From Fimbriiglobus sp. (GTDB lineage Bacteria; Planctomycetota; Planctomycetia; Gemmatales; Gemmataceae), in NCBI GenBank assembly GCA_025351325.1, contig JANXWE010000066.1:807-64806 (forward strand): a stretch of DNA of 64,000 nucleotides, written 5' to 3'. Below are positions 49,428 to 60,249 of the stretch, piece by piece. The position numbers were made by a program, and so were the translations under genes. Within the stretch, counting starts at the first letter, position 1. Each line of letters opens with the position of its first letter. The notes under the pieces were generated by a model. The model had not been told where the DNA came from. It did not search any database and was given only the letters and a program-made list of their open reading frames with translations.

Positions 49428-50186
49428 TTACCGAACGGCACCAGCCACAATGGCGAGGAACGAATCCGCTTTCAAACTGGCACCACCCACGAGCGCCCCG
49501 TCCACATCGGGCAAGTTCAGTAGCGTCGCAGCGTTGTCGGGCTTCACCGAGCCACCGTACTGAATGAGGACGGCTTGGGCGACTTTCTCGCCGAAGAGGG
49601 TGCGAATTTTGCCGCGAACAAACGCATGGGCCGCCTGGGCCTGCTCGGGTGTGGCCACCTTACCGGTGCCGATGGCCCAGACCGGTTCGTAAGCCAGTAC
49701 CACGTTCGCCATCTGCTCGGAGGTCAACCCGGCCAGACCGGCCGTGAGTTGACGATCCAGAACCGTTTCCGTCTGATTCGCTTCCCGTTCGGCGAGGAGT
49801 TCACCGATACAGAAGATGACTTTCAAACCAGCACCGAGGGCGGCTGTGGTTTTTTTGTTCAGCAATGCATCGGTTTCACCGAAGCCGTGCCGGCGTTCGC
49901 TGTGCCCGAGGATGACATACTGGCATCCCGCTTCCAGCAGCATGGCGGGTGACAACTCCCCGGTGAACGCCCCCTCTTTTTCGAAGTGACAATTCTGCCC
50001 CCCGAGCGACACGGCCGTACCCTTCAGCACGGACGCCACTGCCGTCAGCCAAGCCGATGGCGGGCAAACCGCAACGCGGATATTCGGGTCGGCAGGAGCA
50101 CCCTTGGCCACCGCCGCTGCCAACTCCTTGGCCGCCGCGAGGGTGGTGTACATTTTCCAGTTGCCGGCGATAAATTTGGGACGCAT
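49428..50186 (-). CDS. tpiA: triosephosphate isomerase
   Basis: The ATG at 50186 gives MRPKFIAGNWKM. Also ILGHSERR, AYEPVWAIGTG and YGGSVKPDN. The upstream 79 codons of the ORF are junk. Confidence 0.95.
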   Translation of the reverse strand: MRPKFIAGNWKMYTTLAAAKELAAAVAKGAPADPNIRVAVCPPSAWLTAVASVLKGTAVSLGGQNCHFEKEGAFTGELSPAMLLEAGCQYVILGHSERRHGFGETDALLNKKTTAALGAGLKVIFCIGELLAEREANQTETVLDRQLTAGLAGLTSEQMANVVLAYEPVWAIGTGKVATPEQAQAAHAFVRGKIRTLFGEKVAQAVLIQYGGSVKPDNAATLLNLPDVDGALVGGASLKADSFLAIVAGAVR

Positions 50187-50239
50187 GCGATCTCGGGGAG
50201 GATGGAACACAGGTGAATGGAAACCGGAGAACAAAGTTC

Positions 50240-50268
50240 TTGGCACATTTCCGGCAAGAAGGTATGAT
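50240..50268 (+). promoter_or_regulatory. sigma-70-type promoter giving a leaderless transcript for the 85-aa gene
   Basis: TTGGCA (50240..50245), 17-nt spacer, TATGAT (50263..50268), then 6 nt to the ATG at 50275. No SD is possible. Confidence 0.45.
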
Positions 50269-50274
50269 AGCGAT

Positions 50275-50532
50275 ATGGAAACCTTGGGAAGCACCGTGAC
50301 TCTTGATCGACTCGTCGCACCGCTCGGCGATTGCCTGACGCCGGAGTCTGCGAGGCGATTGATCGAGCTGAAACCTGATCCGCTGGTGCAAGCCCGCGTC
50401 GATGATCTCGCCGGTCGACACACCGAAGGGGAATTGAACTCCTCGGAACGAGCGGAATACGGCCGACTGGTGAACTACGCGACATTTATGGCGATTTTGA
50501 AATCCCGCGCCCGTCGGATGCTCGCGGAATGA
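50275..50532 (+). CDS. small helical protein, antitoxin-like partner of the HNH nuclease
   Basis: 85 aa. The C-terminus SSERAEYGRLVNYATFMAILKSRARRML resembles small partner proteins found upstream of PIN/HNH genes. Its stop overlaps the HNH ATG (ATGA). Confidence 0.55.
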   Translation: METLGSTVTLDRLVAPLGDCLTPESARRLIELKPDPLVQARVDDLAGRHTEGELNSSERAEYGRLVNYATFMAILKSRARRMLAE

Positions 50533-50936
50533 TCAGCCCGACCACTCGACTATTTGTTCGAGAGCGAGCGAAGAACCGCTGCGAATACTGTCGAATTCAT
50601 CAAATCGACTACGAGTTTCAATCGTTTCACATCGAACACATCATCGCCAAACAACACGGCGGGAACGACGACCTAGAAAATCTTTGCCTGGCCTGTTCGG
50701 AATGCAATTGGAGCAAAGGCCCAAATTTAACCGGGTTGGTGCAAGGCAAACTCGCTCCGCTGTTTCACCCGCGAAAGCAGAGCTGGAGCCGCCATTTCCG
50801 CTGGGAAGGAACGATACTCTTCGGCAAAACGAAAACAGGTTTGGCGACGATCGCAGTTCTCGACCTGAACGGGGAATCAAGATTGTTACTGCGGGAAAGT
50901 TTGCTGTTCGAGGGCCGATTTCGACCACCAAGTTAG
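50529..50936 (+). CDS. HNH endonuclease (small, stand-alone)
   Basis: CEYCR...FHIEHIIAKQHGGNDDLENLCLACSECNWSKG gives two Cys pairs plus the His-Asn-His catalytic pattern. Confidence 0.85.
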   Translation: MISPTTRLFVRERAKNRCEYCRIHQIDYEFQSFHIEHIIAKQHGGNDDLENLCLACSECNWSKGPNLTGLVQGKLAPLFHPRKQSWSRHFRWEGTILFGKTKTGLATIAVLDLNGESRLLLRESLLFEGRFRPPS

Positions 50937-50944
50937 AATCAATC

Positions 50945-51241
50945 TTAACGCTTATCAATTTCCAGTTCGCCGTATAGCAGCATATCTGTGAAATAGACCT
51001 TTGCTCGTTCGTAGCACTCGCTCAAAGAACCATCGTACCACTCGCCGTAGGTCTTAATATCGATCTGCGACCACTCTGTGTGCCAGGCTTTTAATTCTGC
51101 CATTTCGTTGGGGTCTTTCAACGCGCGATCCATCAAGGTGTAGCGTCCGCTGTCGCTTCCGACATGTCCCCATTTTTCAAATAACGGGAGCAGTGGACGT
51201 AAGCTTGCCGGAAGGTTTTTGGGATTCATTGACTGGGACAA
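50945..51241 (-). CDS. hypothetical protein (98 aa), AT-richer than neighbours
   Basis: A TTG at 51241 lies 5 nt after a strong GAGGAG SD (alternative ATG at 51229). It follows the DAHP synthase stop by 24 nt. Trp/Glu-rich sequence. No family recognised. Confidence 0.55.
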   Translation of the reverse strand: MSQSMNPKNLPASLRPLLPLFEKWGHVGSDSGRYTLMDRALKDPNEMAELKAWHTEWSQIDIKTYGEWYDGSLSECYERAKVYFTDMLLYGELEIDKR

Positions 51242-51265
51242 AGTATCTCCTCAAACCCTAATTAA

Positions 51266-52297
51266 TCACGCTGCGCTTTCCTTCCAAAAGCTGCGTCCCA
51301 GCGCGTCGGCTAACTTGTTCAAGTCGCCCATCAGGTCCAAGAACTGGTGCGGGAGCAGTGCCTGCGGACCGTCGGACATGGCCTTCTCGGGGCAGCTGTG
51401 CACTTCCACGTGCACGCCGTCGGCACCGGCGGCGACACTTGCCCGGCACATGCTCGGAATCAGGTCAGGCCGGCCGGTGGCATGGCTCGGATCGACGATG
51501 ATCGGCAGGTGGCTTTGGCCCTTCACGTTGGGCACGGCGCTGAGGTCAAGCATGTTGCGGGTACTATCTTCGAAGCTCCGCACGCCCCGTTCGCAGAGCA
51601 CCACGCTCATGTTCCCCTCGGCCAAAATGTACTCCGCCGACATCAGCAAATCCTTGACCGTGGCGCTCATACCACGCTTGAGCAGCACCGGGATTTTCGT
51701 TTTGCCGAGTTCTTTGAGCAGGTCGAAGTTCTGCATGTTTCGGGCGCCGACTTGGTACATGTCGGTGTACCGGCCGATCAAATCCACTTGGCGTGGATCC
51801 ATTACTTCCGTGACGACCGGCAGCTCGTATTTCTGACCGACATCTTTGAGGATCTTCAAGCCGTCTTCTCCCATGCCTTGGAACGCATATGGGCTGGTCC
51901 GCGGCTTGAATGCTCCGCCGCGCAGGATGTTCGCGCCGCCGGCTTTGACGTAGCGTGCCACGGTATCCATGACTTCGTAACTCTCCACGGCGCACGGCCC
52001 GGCGATCATCGCCAAGCTGCCACCACCGATCCGCACTTTCCCGACGTAAACGGCACTGTCTTCTTTGTTGAACTCGCGCGACGCGAGCTTGAACGGCTTC
52101 AGAATCGGGATGGCTTGCTCGATCATCGGGATCTGGAGCAGCATCTCCGCGTTCGGCTTCGTTTCGTCGCCGATCACACCGATGATGGTGCGCCGTTCGC
52201 CCCGACTCAGGTGCGGGGTGAACCCGAGTTCCCGGATCCGCTCGACGGCATGATCGATCTGTTCAAGAGTGGCTTCCGGCCGGAGGACGAGGATCAT
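51266..52297 (-). CDS. 3-deoxy-7-phosphoheptulonate (DAHP) synthase, type I-beta with N-terminal regulatory domain
   Basis: The start at 52297 gives [26 protein letters not shown]...[10 protein letters not shown], like Thermotoga-type DAHPS. The core has [19 protein letters not shown] and VDPSHATG. Confidence 0.9.
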   Translation of the reverse strand: MILVLRPEATLEQIDHAVERIRELGFTPHLSRGERRTIIGVIGDETKPNAEMLLQIPMIEQAIPILKPFKLASREFNKEDSAVYVGKVRIGGGSLAMIAGPCAVESYEVMDTVARYVKAGGANILRGGAFKPRTSPYAFQGMGEDGLKILKDVGQKYELPVVTEVMDPRQVDLIGRYTDMYQVGARNMQNFDLLKELGKTKIPVLLKRGMSATVKDLLMSAEYILAEGNMSVVLCERGVRSFEDSTRNMLDLSAVPNVKGQSHLPIIVDPSHATGRPDLIPSMCRASVAAGADGVHVEVHSCPEKAMSDGPQALLPHQFLDLMGDLNKLADALGRSFWKESAA

Positions 52298-52343
52298 GAG
52301 AGGGTGTTTCAGTTCGGGGGACAGGAGGTCGTTGACAATCAGT

Positions 52344-52667
52344 TTAGAATTCTTCGGATTCGCGGCATCGGACACGAGCAAGTTCGGCTGGAGACAGATA
52401 CTTTTCTTGGCATCGCGCGACTTCTTCGATGTTGAACAGCAATGCGCCAACCGAGCGGATCCAATTGCCGAGTTCAACGTCGCTGTAGCGGTAGAGATGG
52501 AATGAGAAACAGCCCCACTCATGCGAGTGTCGCGCAGCGTATTCTTCGGGGTGCAAGCGGAGATCGTCCGGCGAGAAGAACTGTCTGAGAAGGGGTTCGC
52601 CTTCGTAGTCGAAACGACCGCGAGGTGCTTCCAAAGAGTCTGTGGTCATATCGATCACTCTCGCCAT
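52344..52667 (-). CDS. hypothetical protein (about 107 aa) between pheA and DAHP synthase
   Basis: ATG at 52667 (or 52649). Sequence ...[44 protein letters not shown]... No family recognised. The upstream part of the 190-aa ORF overlaps pheA and is junk. Confidence 0.4.
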   Translation of the reverse strand: MARVIDMTTDSLEAPRGRFDYEGEPLLRQFFSPDDLRLHPEEYAARHSHEWGCFSFHLYRYSDVELGNWIRSVGALLFNIEEVARCQEKYLSPAELARVRCRESEEF

Positions 52668-52741
52668 CTTCAGCCCGAAGGGCTGGGAGTTCTCAGCCTG
52701 GGGCAACGCCCCTGGCGAAGCTCGCCGCGTCGTCCACGCGA

Positions 52742-53830
52742 CTACTCTTCCGAAGTCGCCGAGATCGGATACGACCCGAGCGGGGTGACGGCGTCGCAGA
52801 TCTCTTCGAGATGCTTGACGGTCTTCTTCACTTTCGGGTCGTCGCGATGACCTTCGAAGTCGACGAAGAACACGTATTCCCCTTTGGCTTCCCGGTACGG
52901 GAACGATTCGATCCAAGTCAGGTTGATCTTATTGGATTTGAACACGTTCAGCACGTCCGCGAGTGCTCCCGGGGTGTGCGATACTTGGAAGATCAGCGCG
53001 GTTTTGTCGTGGCCAGTACGAGTACTGTCTTGCAAAGCGATCACGGCGAATCGCGTTTCGTTTTCCGGGTGATCTTCGATCGCGGCGAAGATGGTCTTCA
53101 ATCCGTACCGGACACCGGCCTGACGGCTGGCCACGGCGGCGGCGAACGGCTCCGTTTGCACCAACCGGGCGGCATCGGCCGTGCTGTTCACCGGGTGCAT
53201 ACTGGCGTTCGGCAAGTTCTTGCTGAGCCACTGCCGACACTGCGACAGTGCTTGGGCTTTGCTGTACACGCGGCGGATTTCCGACGGCTGACAATTCGCC
53301 AACAAATGGTGGTGGACGCGCATCCGAATTTCAGAACAAATTTTCACGGTCGGATTGCGGATGAAACAATCGAGCGTGTCGGCGATGCGGCCGTCGGTGC
53401 TGTTTTCGAGCGGGACGACCCCGAAATTGGAGTGCTTGCGGGCCACCTCGTCGAAGACGGCCTGGATCGACCCGACGTGGGAGTACTCGGACGATTGCCC
53501 GAACCGTTCGATAGCGGCCAAATGGCTGTAACTGTATTCCGGCCCGAGGAATGCGACGCGTTGAATCGATTGGATCGCCCGCGACCCGCTGATCAATTCG
53601 CGGAAAATCGCTTTGAGGGTCACCTCCGGAAGCGGCCCTTTGCTCGCTTTGAGAATGTTCGCCAGGACTTCTTCTTCACGCGCTGCCGAGAAAACCTCGC
53701 CGCCGGTTTCAGATTTCACTTTGCCAATTTGAGCGGCGATCCCAGCTCGTTTCGACAAAGATTGCAGGATCTCCAGATCGAGTTTGTCGATCTGCCCGCG
53801 GAGTTGTTTCAAATTGCCGGCGGTGCTCAT
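52742..53830 (-). CDS. pheA: bifunctional chorismate mutase / prephenate dehydratase (P-protein)
   Basis: N-terminal CM (LRGQIDKLDLEILQSLSKRAG), PDT core (VAFLGPEYSYSH, PLENSTDGRI), and C-terminal ACT with the ESFPYR (ESRP-like) motif. Confidence 0.9.
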   Translation of the reverse strand: MSTAGNLKQLRGQIDKLDLEILQSLSKRAGIAAQIGKVKSETGGEVFSAAREEEVLANILKASKGPLPEVTLKAIFRELISGSRAIQSIQRVAFLGPEYSYSHLAAIERFGQSSEYSHVGSIQAVFDEVARKHSNFGVVPLENSTDGRIADTLDCFIRNPTVKICSEIRMRVHHHLLANCQPSEIRRVYSKAQALSQCRQWLSKNLPNASMHPVNSTADAARLVQTEPFAAAVASRQAGVRYGLKTIFAAIEDHPENETRFAVIALQDSTRTGHDKTALIFQVSHTPGALADVLNVFKSNKINLTWIESFPYREAKGEYVFFVDFEGHRDDPKVKKTVKHLEEICDAVTPLGSYPISATSEE

Positions 53831-54204
53831 ATCGCGCCTGACGGTGCAGTAGTTTGGGGCGTAAAGTTCGGCCTGCCATCAACCTACAGTCGCGGGAATG
53901 CAGCGTCAACGAATCCGACACCGGAATGCGAGAAAAGGACGAATCGGGACGATTTCGACGATTTGATAAAAGCGGCTAAATGGTCGGATGCAGGGATTGG
54001 CGTGCCGGAATGGCAGCAACTGATAACACTCTAGAATCTGGATTAAAAAAATATTACCACAAAACATTGCTACAAAACGACTTGGATCATTCTGTCACTT
54101 CGAAATTCGCCGACCAATAATTTTGGCCTGCCAGTTGCTTGTTATTGTCTGTTCGACAAAACACGATTGCTATTCAAAACACAAACATTTGAGGAATACC
54201 GAAC

Positions 54205-56157
<1,953 letters not shown>

Positions 56158-56170
56158 CGACGATTTTTAT

Positions 56171-56251
56171 CCAATGCGAGCCGGTCCCCGTGAGGGGACG
56201 GGTGATCTGGTTCGCTTCACCCGTCCCCTCACGGGGATCGGCTCGCATTGG
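56171..56251 (+). repeat. 81-nt hairpin (35-bp stem, 11-nt loop) 14 nt after the dnaK stop; likely terminator and/or REP-like element
   Basis: 56171..56205 pairs with 56217..56251 as 34 Watson-Crick pairs plus one G-U. Each arm contains its own mini-palindrome (GTCCCC-GTGA-GGGGAC at 56184..56199). It is followed by GTCTATTTTA. Confidence 0.8.
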
Positions 56252-56381
56252 GTCTATTTTAGCGATTTCTCCGATCCTTTATGCACTTCATGGCTCGCTT
56301 TCCTATCATCACTTCGCCGCATGCAGGCAACGTATCCCATCAGCGTGCGGTTCGGATCACCCTGTTTTTAGGAGACGGATC

Positions 56382-56999
56382 ATGTCGTGGACCAAGGCTC
56401 TGAGCTTCGTGGCGGTTTTGGCGTTCGGTGTCGTTTCACTGAGTCGCGCGGAAGACGCGAAGTCGATCGACGAAGAAGGATTCATCAAGGAATGGCTGTT
56501 GCTCGCGCCGATTCCATTGGCCGAAGGTGAAGAACCCGGTGCGGCCAATGACAAAGAACAAGTCAAAGATGAAGCCAAACTCGCGCCGAAAGACGGCGAC
56601 AAAGTGAAGGTCGGCGAAACCGAACTCACTTGGAAGAAGCACACCGCCACGGAATACTTCTTCGACTTCAATGCTTTCGTCGGCAAAGAGACCGAACGGG
56701 CCGTCGGGTACGCCGTGACCTACGTCGTCTGCGAAGATGACGTCAAAGACGTGTCGCTGAAAATCGGCAGCGACGACCAGTGCAAAGTCTACCTCAACGG
56801 CAAAGAAGTCGGCAAAGTCGCCGACGAACGCGCCACCGACAAAGATCAGAATTCCTACGACGGCCTCGCCCTCAAAAAGGGGAGCAACGTCTTGGTGTTC
56901 AAAGTCGTCAATGCGAGCCAGCAATGGAGCGGTTGCGCCCGCTTCACGGACAAAGAAGGCAAGCCACTCAAAGGGTTGAAAGTCGAACTGAAAAAGTAA
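56382..56999 (+). CDS. secreted hypothetical protein (beta-rich)
   Basis: ATG at 56382 after an AGGAGA SD. Signal peptide MSWTKALSFVAVLAFGVVSLSRA. The upstream part of the 56190 ORF covers the palindrome and is not credible. Confidence 0.65.
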   Translation: MSWTKALSFVAVLAFGVVSLSRAEDAKSIDEEGFIKEWLLLAPIPLAEGEEPGAANDKEQVKDEAKLAPKDGDKVKVGETELTWKKHTATEYFFDFNAFVGKETERAVGYAVTYVVCEDDVKDVSLKIGSDDQCKVYLNGKEVGKVADERATDKDQNSYDGLALKKGSNVLVFKVVNASQQWSGCARFTDKEGKPLKGLKVELKK

Positions 57000-57030
57000 A
57001 TGAGCCGGGTGACGAACTGACGCCTGCCAG

Positions 57031-57059
57031 GGCCGGAACGACCACGTTCCGGCCTTTTT
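57031..57059 (+). terminator. Rho-independent terminator
   Basis: Perfect 10-bp stem GGCCGGAACG/CGTTCCGGCC with an ACCA loop, followed by TTTTT (then CGTTTCTT). Confidence 0.85.
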
Positions 57060-57093
57060 CGTTTCTTGAACCGATAAAACTACGGCTGGCCTA

Positions 57094-57122
57094 TTGACAG
57101 CTACCTTGCATCAGCATATAGT
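57094..57122 (+). promoter_or_regulatory. near-consensus sigma-70 promoter giving a leaderless padR transcript
   Basis: TTGACA (57094..57099), 17-nt spacer, TATAGT (57117..57122), then 6 nt to the ATG at 57129. Confidence 0.55.
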
Positions 57123-57128
57123 TACTTC

Positions 57129-57476
57129 ATGGACTCCGACTTCTTCCCCAATTGGATCACACAGATGCGGAAAGGGCTGCTCGAACTGAGCGTTCTGGCC
57201 GCCCTGAAGGGGAACCGCCTCTACGGCTACGACATCGTCAAACGCTTATCCGGGGTCGGTGGACTCGTGATGAGCGAAGGTACCATTTACCCGATCCTCA
57301 GCCGCTTCAAAAAAGAGGGTTTGGTCGAGACCACGTTGGTGGAATCGACCGAAGGCCCCGCTCGAAAATATTACCTTCTCACAATCAAAGGTCAGCAGAT
57401 GCTAGCGCACATGCTCGCGGCTTGGGCCGAGGTGCGCGACGGCATCGACCACGTTTCCACGGGGCAGACACCATGA
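57129..57476 (+). CDS. PadR family transcriptional regulator
   Basis: LLELSVLAALKGNRLYGYDIVKRL...SEGTIYPILSRFKKEGLVE is the PadR winged-helix signature. Confidence 0.9.
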   Translation: MDSDFFPNWITQMRKGLLELSVLAALKGNRLYGYDIVKRLSGVGGLVMSEGTIYPILSRFKKEGLVETTLVESTEGPARKYYLLTIKGQQMLAHMLAAWAEVRDGIDHVSTGQTP

Positions 57477-58468
57477 CCGGAGCCTTCGCCATGACGGTTT
57501 TGACCGACTCCGCCGCCGGCAGATTGCACGACTACCTCACGCAAGTGCGGGTGGCTCTCGCGGCCCATCCGGATGTCTCGTCCGAGGAAGTCACCGCCGA
57601 TGTGCAAGAGCATATCGACACCGAGTTCGCCCACGTGAACCGGCCGGTGACACTTGAAGAATTGGAAGCCGTGCTCGCCCGTCTCGGCCCTCCGAACCAG
57701 TGGGCCAACGTCGGTGTCAATTCTCAAGCATTTACCAACGGGGTCGCCCCGTTCGACGGCAAAGAGTTTCTGCGGGAACTACGCCGGAAATCGCGTGGCG
57801 TGTTGGCCACCCTTTGGCGTGGGCCGGAAGATTGGCGGTTACCCTACCTGACGTTCGGGCTGACGCTCCTCGCCCCGGTGACACTCGGCTTCACATTGCT
57901 GCTAGCCTATTTGCTCGGTCGGGCGACCGTCGAACTGGCGCACGAAAAGGGTCAACCGCTCGGGGCCAGACGCTGGCTCGTCTACCCGGCGATTCTGATC
58001 GTCAATGGGTCACTGCTCTTCGGATTGCTGTTCGGGCCAGCCCTCATCGCTGGGAATTACGCCGGTCTCGAGTTCAATCACGCCATCCGTTCGGAACGCG
58101 ACGGTTGGCCGACCGGTGAGAGAATCGCGAAAACAAGAGCGCAATATGACGCGATGCGCAAAGCGAGTACACTGCCGATGCCGGATGCCGACCGCGCTTA
58201 TTACGAGCGGATTCTCGCGGTTCCCCGCCAGATGCACGTGACCAGCGATTCTGGGGGCGAAATGGTTTTCGCGGTATTGGCAGCGATCGGCCCCTTGGCC
58301 GTATGGTGGGCCATTCTCGGACTGGTGATGTGGTCGTTCCCCAAATTAGTTACGACGATCTTCCATCCGCTGCTGGACGGTTACGACTGGCTTCACGGAT
58401 TGCGGCTGGCCACGTGCAGCGGGATCGTCTTTGTCATCTGGGCCGGTACGGCCCAGCGAATTTGGTGA
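57473..58468 (+). CDS. membrane protein with N-terminal DUF1700/HAAS-like domain (PadR-associated sensor)
   Basis: ATGA overlap with padR. N-terminus LHDYLTQVRVAL...EEVTADVQEHIDTEF matches the HAAS-type helix pattern. Several TM helices follow. Confidence 0.6.
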   Translation: MTGAFAMTVLTDSAAGRLHDYLTQVRVALAAHPDVSSEEVTADVQEHIDTEFAHVNRPVTLEELEAVLARLGPPNQWANVGVNSQAFTNGVAPFDGKEFLRELRRKSRGVLATLWRGPEDWRLPYLTFGLTLLAPVTLGFTLLLAYLLGRATVELAHEKGQPLGARRWLVYPAILIVNGSLLFGLLFGPALIAGNYAGLEFNHAIRSERDGWPTGERIAKTRAQYDAMRKASTLPMPDADRAYYERILAVPRQMHVTSDSGGEMVFAVLAAIGPLAVWWAILGLVMWSFPKLVTTIFHPLLDGYDWLHGLRLATCSGIVFVIWAGTAQRIW

Positions 58469-58550
58469 CTGGGAATGGAATCAACTTTCCTTTGCAAACG
58501 AACCCGCCATCGGCTAAGTTGTAGTTGCGGAACAACCACCCGCGGGGAGC

Positions 58551-59570
58551 TTGCCGATGAGTACCGATCTCGACCAACACGACGACGAGTTGGATGTCGC
58601 CGTGGCCGACCAGACCGAACCGGGCGAAGACACTTTCTGGCAATTGCATTCGCCGCGCTTCGAGATGCCCATTTCGTACGTCAGCTCGGCTCTCATCATG
58701 GCGGGGATTCTCGCGTTGATCTTGGCGATCTCCTACCTCTCCAATACGGGCCCCAAGCAAGATCCGGTTCCGATTGCTCTCGCCAACGACGGCACCGACG
58801 ATAGCGGCGAAGGTTCCGAAGGACTCGGCGGCCAAGAGAATCCGATCACCCTCGGTGCCTCCGCCCCCACGCCAGAAGACTTCGAGTCGTTACCGCACCC
58901 CGAATTAATTCCCGAAATCAAAAAGGAGCTCGAAGAGAGGCTGAAAATCGACGATCCGGATTCGGTGGTTCCGCTCACGACCGAGAAAGTTGCCCCCTAC
59001 ACCACTTTCGATAAAAAAGTGCGCGACACGTTGCTCAACCCCGGTTCCAAGCGCGGCACGCCCGGTGGCGATGGCAGCGGTACCGATAATAAGGGTTCCG
59101 GCGTGGGTGGTAAGGGTGCTGACAGTACCCGGCAACGCTCGATGCGCTGGACAATGCAGTTCGTCACCAGCAGCGGCCGCGATTACTTGAACCAGTTGGC
59201 GACGCTCAAAGCGGTCATCGTGGTTCCGATTCCACCCGATGGCAAAACGGCTTACGTGTTCAAAGACCTCATCAATCCAAAACCGGGGAATTTCGTCGAA
59301 GAGAAGGAGTGGATGAAACTGGCCGGCCAGATTCAATTCTGCGACTTCCGCAAGCAATCCGTCACAGAAGTCTCTGCCGCCCTCAACATGAACTTCACGC
59401 CAGCGTCGTTCTTCGCGTTCTTCCCCAGAGATTTGGAAGCCGAACTCTCCCGGTTGGAAGTGGCCTACGGGAACAAGCAAGCCGATCAAATTGAAGAAAC
59501 GAAGTTCGAGGTGACGGTACGCGGTGGGGTGTCGAAAATCGTCGTCGTGTCCCAGAAATTGAAGCGATAA
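58551..59570 (+). CDS. hypothetical single-pass membrane protein with acidic/Pro-rich linker and C-terminal globular domain
   Basis: TM ALIMAGILALILAISYL, then a D/E/G/P-rich linker of about 130 aa, then a structured C-terminus of about 130 aa. Convergent with the ExbBDD operon. Confidence 0.55.
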   Translation: MPMSTDLDQHDDELDVAVADQTEPGEDTFWQLHSPRFEMPISYVSSALIMAGILALILAISYLSNTGPKQDPVPIALANDGTDDSGEGSEGLGGQENPITLGASAPTPEDFESLPHPELIPEIKKELEERLKIDDPDSVVPLTTEKVAPYTTFDKKVRDTLLNPGSKRGTPGGDGSGTDNKGSGVGGKGADSTRQRSMRWTMQFVTSSGRDYLNQLATLKAVIVVPIPPDGKTAYVFKDLINPKPGNFVEEKEWMKLAGQIQFCDFRKQSVTEVSAALNMNFTPASFFAFFPRDLEAELSRLEVAYGNKQADQIEETKFEVTVRGGVSKIVVVSQKLKR

Positions 59571-59582
59571 TGAGCTGCGAGA

Positions 59583-59623
59583 CGGATGTCGAGCGTGGAA
59601 ACGGAAACCGCGCTCGACATCCG
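59583..59623. terminator. hairpin between convergent genes (possible bidirectional terminator)
   Basis: Perfect 13-bp stem CGGATGTCGAGCG / CGCTCGACATCCG with a 15-nt loop. There is no clear U-tract on either side. Confidence 0.4.
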
Positions 59624-59625
59624 AA

Positions 59626-60249
59626 TCACTTGCCCTTCGGCCAATAAATTTGGTGGATCTCGGCTCCGCGAGCAGCATCATAGATCTTCGCCTCAGTGCC
59701 CCACGGGACATCGTCGGCCACCGTCAAATGCATTTCTTTGCGGCCGGAGTTCCGGACGTGCTCTTTCAATTCGCGGTCGATACTATCGAGGCTCACCGAG
59801 CGGTCATCGATTTTGATGACCGTGGTACCGTTGGTGTCGAGACTCACCTTCATGCGGAAGACGCGATCTTGAATGTCTTTTTGATTAACCGAAGCCGTAG
59901 CCCCGTCGGTTGGGGCTGGTGGCAGGCTGATGGAGCGCCGCAGTGAGGTGTATGTCGCGGTCAGGATGAAGAAGATCAACAGCACGAGGGCCACGTCGAT
60001 CATCGGGTTCATGTCGAGCCGCGATTCGTCCACCGGTTCCGGTGGCGGTGGCCCCATCTCGGCCACGGCGTCGATGAAGTGCGGATGATCTTGGATCTGG
60101 ATCCATTCGCTTTCCCCCGGCCCGCGCACGTCGTCCGACGGTTCCCAGTCGCCGTCGCGCAGCCCTTCGAGAACTTTCTCGGCGTTCACCAGGGTTTCGC
60201 CTTCGGGCATGCCCAGATGCCGAACTTGCCAACTTGGGGAGGGGGTCAT
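59626..60249 (-). CDS. exbD: ExbD/TolR family biopolymer transport protein with N-terminal GYF_2-like cytoplasmic domain
   Basis: MNPMIDVALVLLIFFILT is the ExbD TM motif. The C-terminal periplasmic domain includes HLTVADDVPWG. The 75-aa N-terminus ends ...SEWIQIQDHPHF. ATGA overlap with the upstream exbD. Confidence 0.8.
   Translation of the reverse strand: MTPSPSWQVRHLGMPEGETLVNAEKVLEGLRDGDWEPSDDVRGPGESEWIQIQDHPHFIDAVAEMGPPPPEPVDESRLDMNPMIDVALVLLIFFILTATYTSLRRSISLPPAPTDGATASVNQKDIQDRVFRMKVSLDTNGTTVIKIDDRSVSLDSIDRELKEHVRNSGRKEMHLTVADDVPWGTEAKIYDAARGAEIHQIYWPKGK

Noticed and set aside
49428-50423. 331-aa version of tpiA; likewise the 418-aa version of DAHP synthase (51266..52522).
   Set aside because: The canonical N-termini (MRPKFIAGNWKM; [14 protein letters not shown]) begin at internal ATGs. 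The upstream extensions have no homology-like features.
53930-53990. Additional heptamer-palindrome copy upstream of pheA (GAATCCGACACCGGAATGCGAG...CGAATCGGGACGATTTCGACGATTTG).
   Set aside because: It contains similar words, but the two halves are in direct rather than inverted orientation, and the 7-nt periodicity is not maintained.
54040-54204. CIRCE/HrcA operator or sigma-32 promoter upstream of dnaK.
   Set aside because: No TTAGCACTC-N9-GAGTGCTAA-like inverted repeat is present, and I could not fit a convincing CTTGAAA/CCCCAT pair. Only an AT-rich region with loose ACAAAAC..TTGCTA direct repeats is visible.
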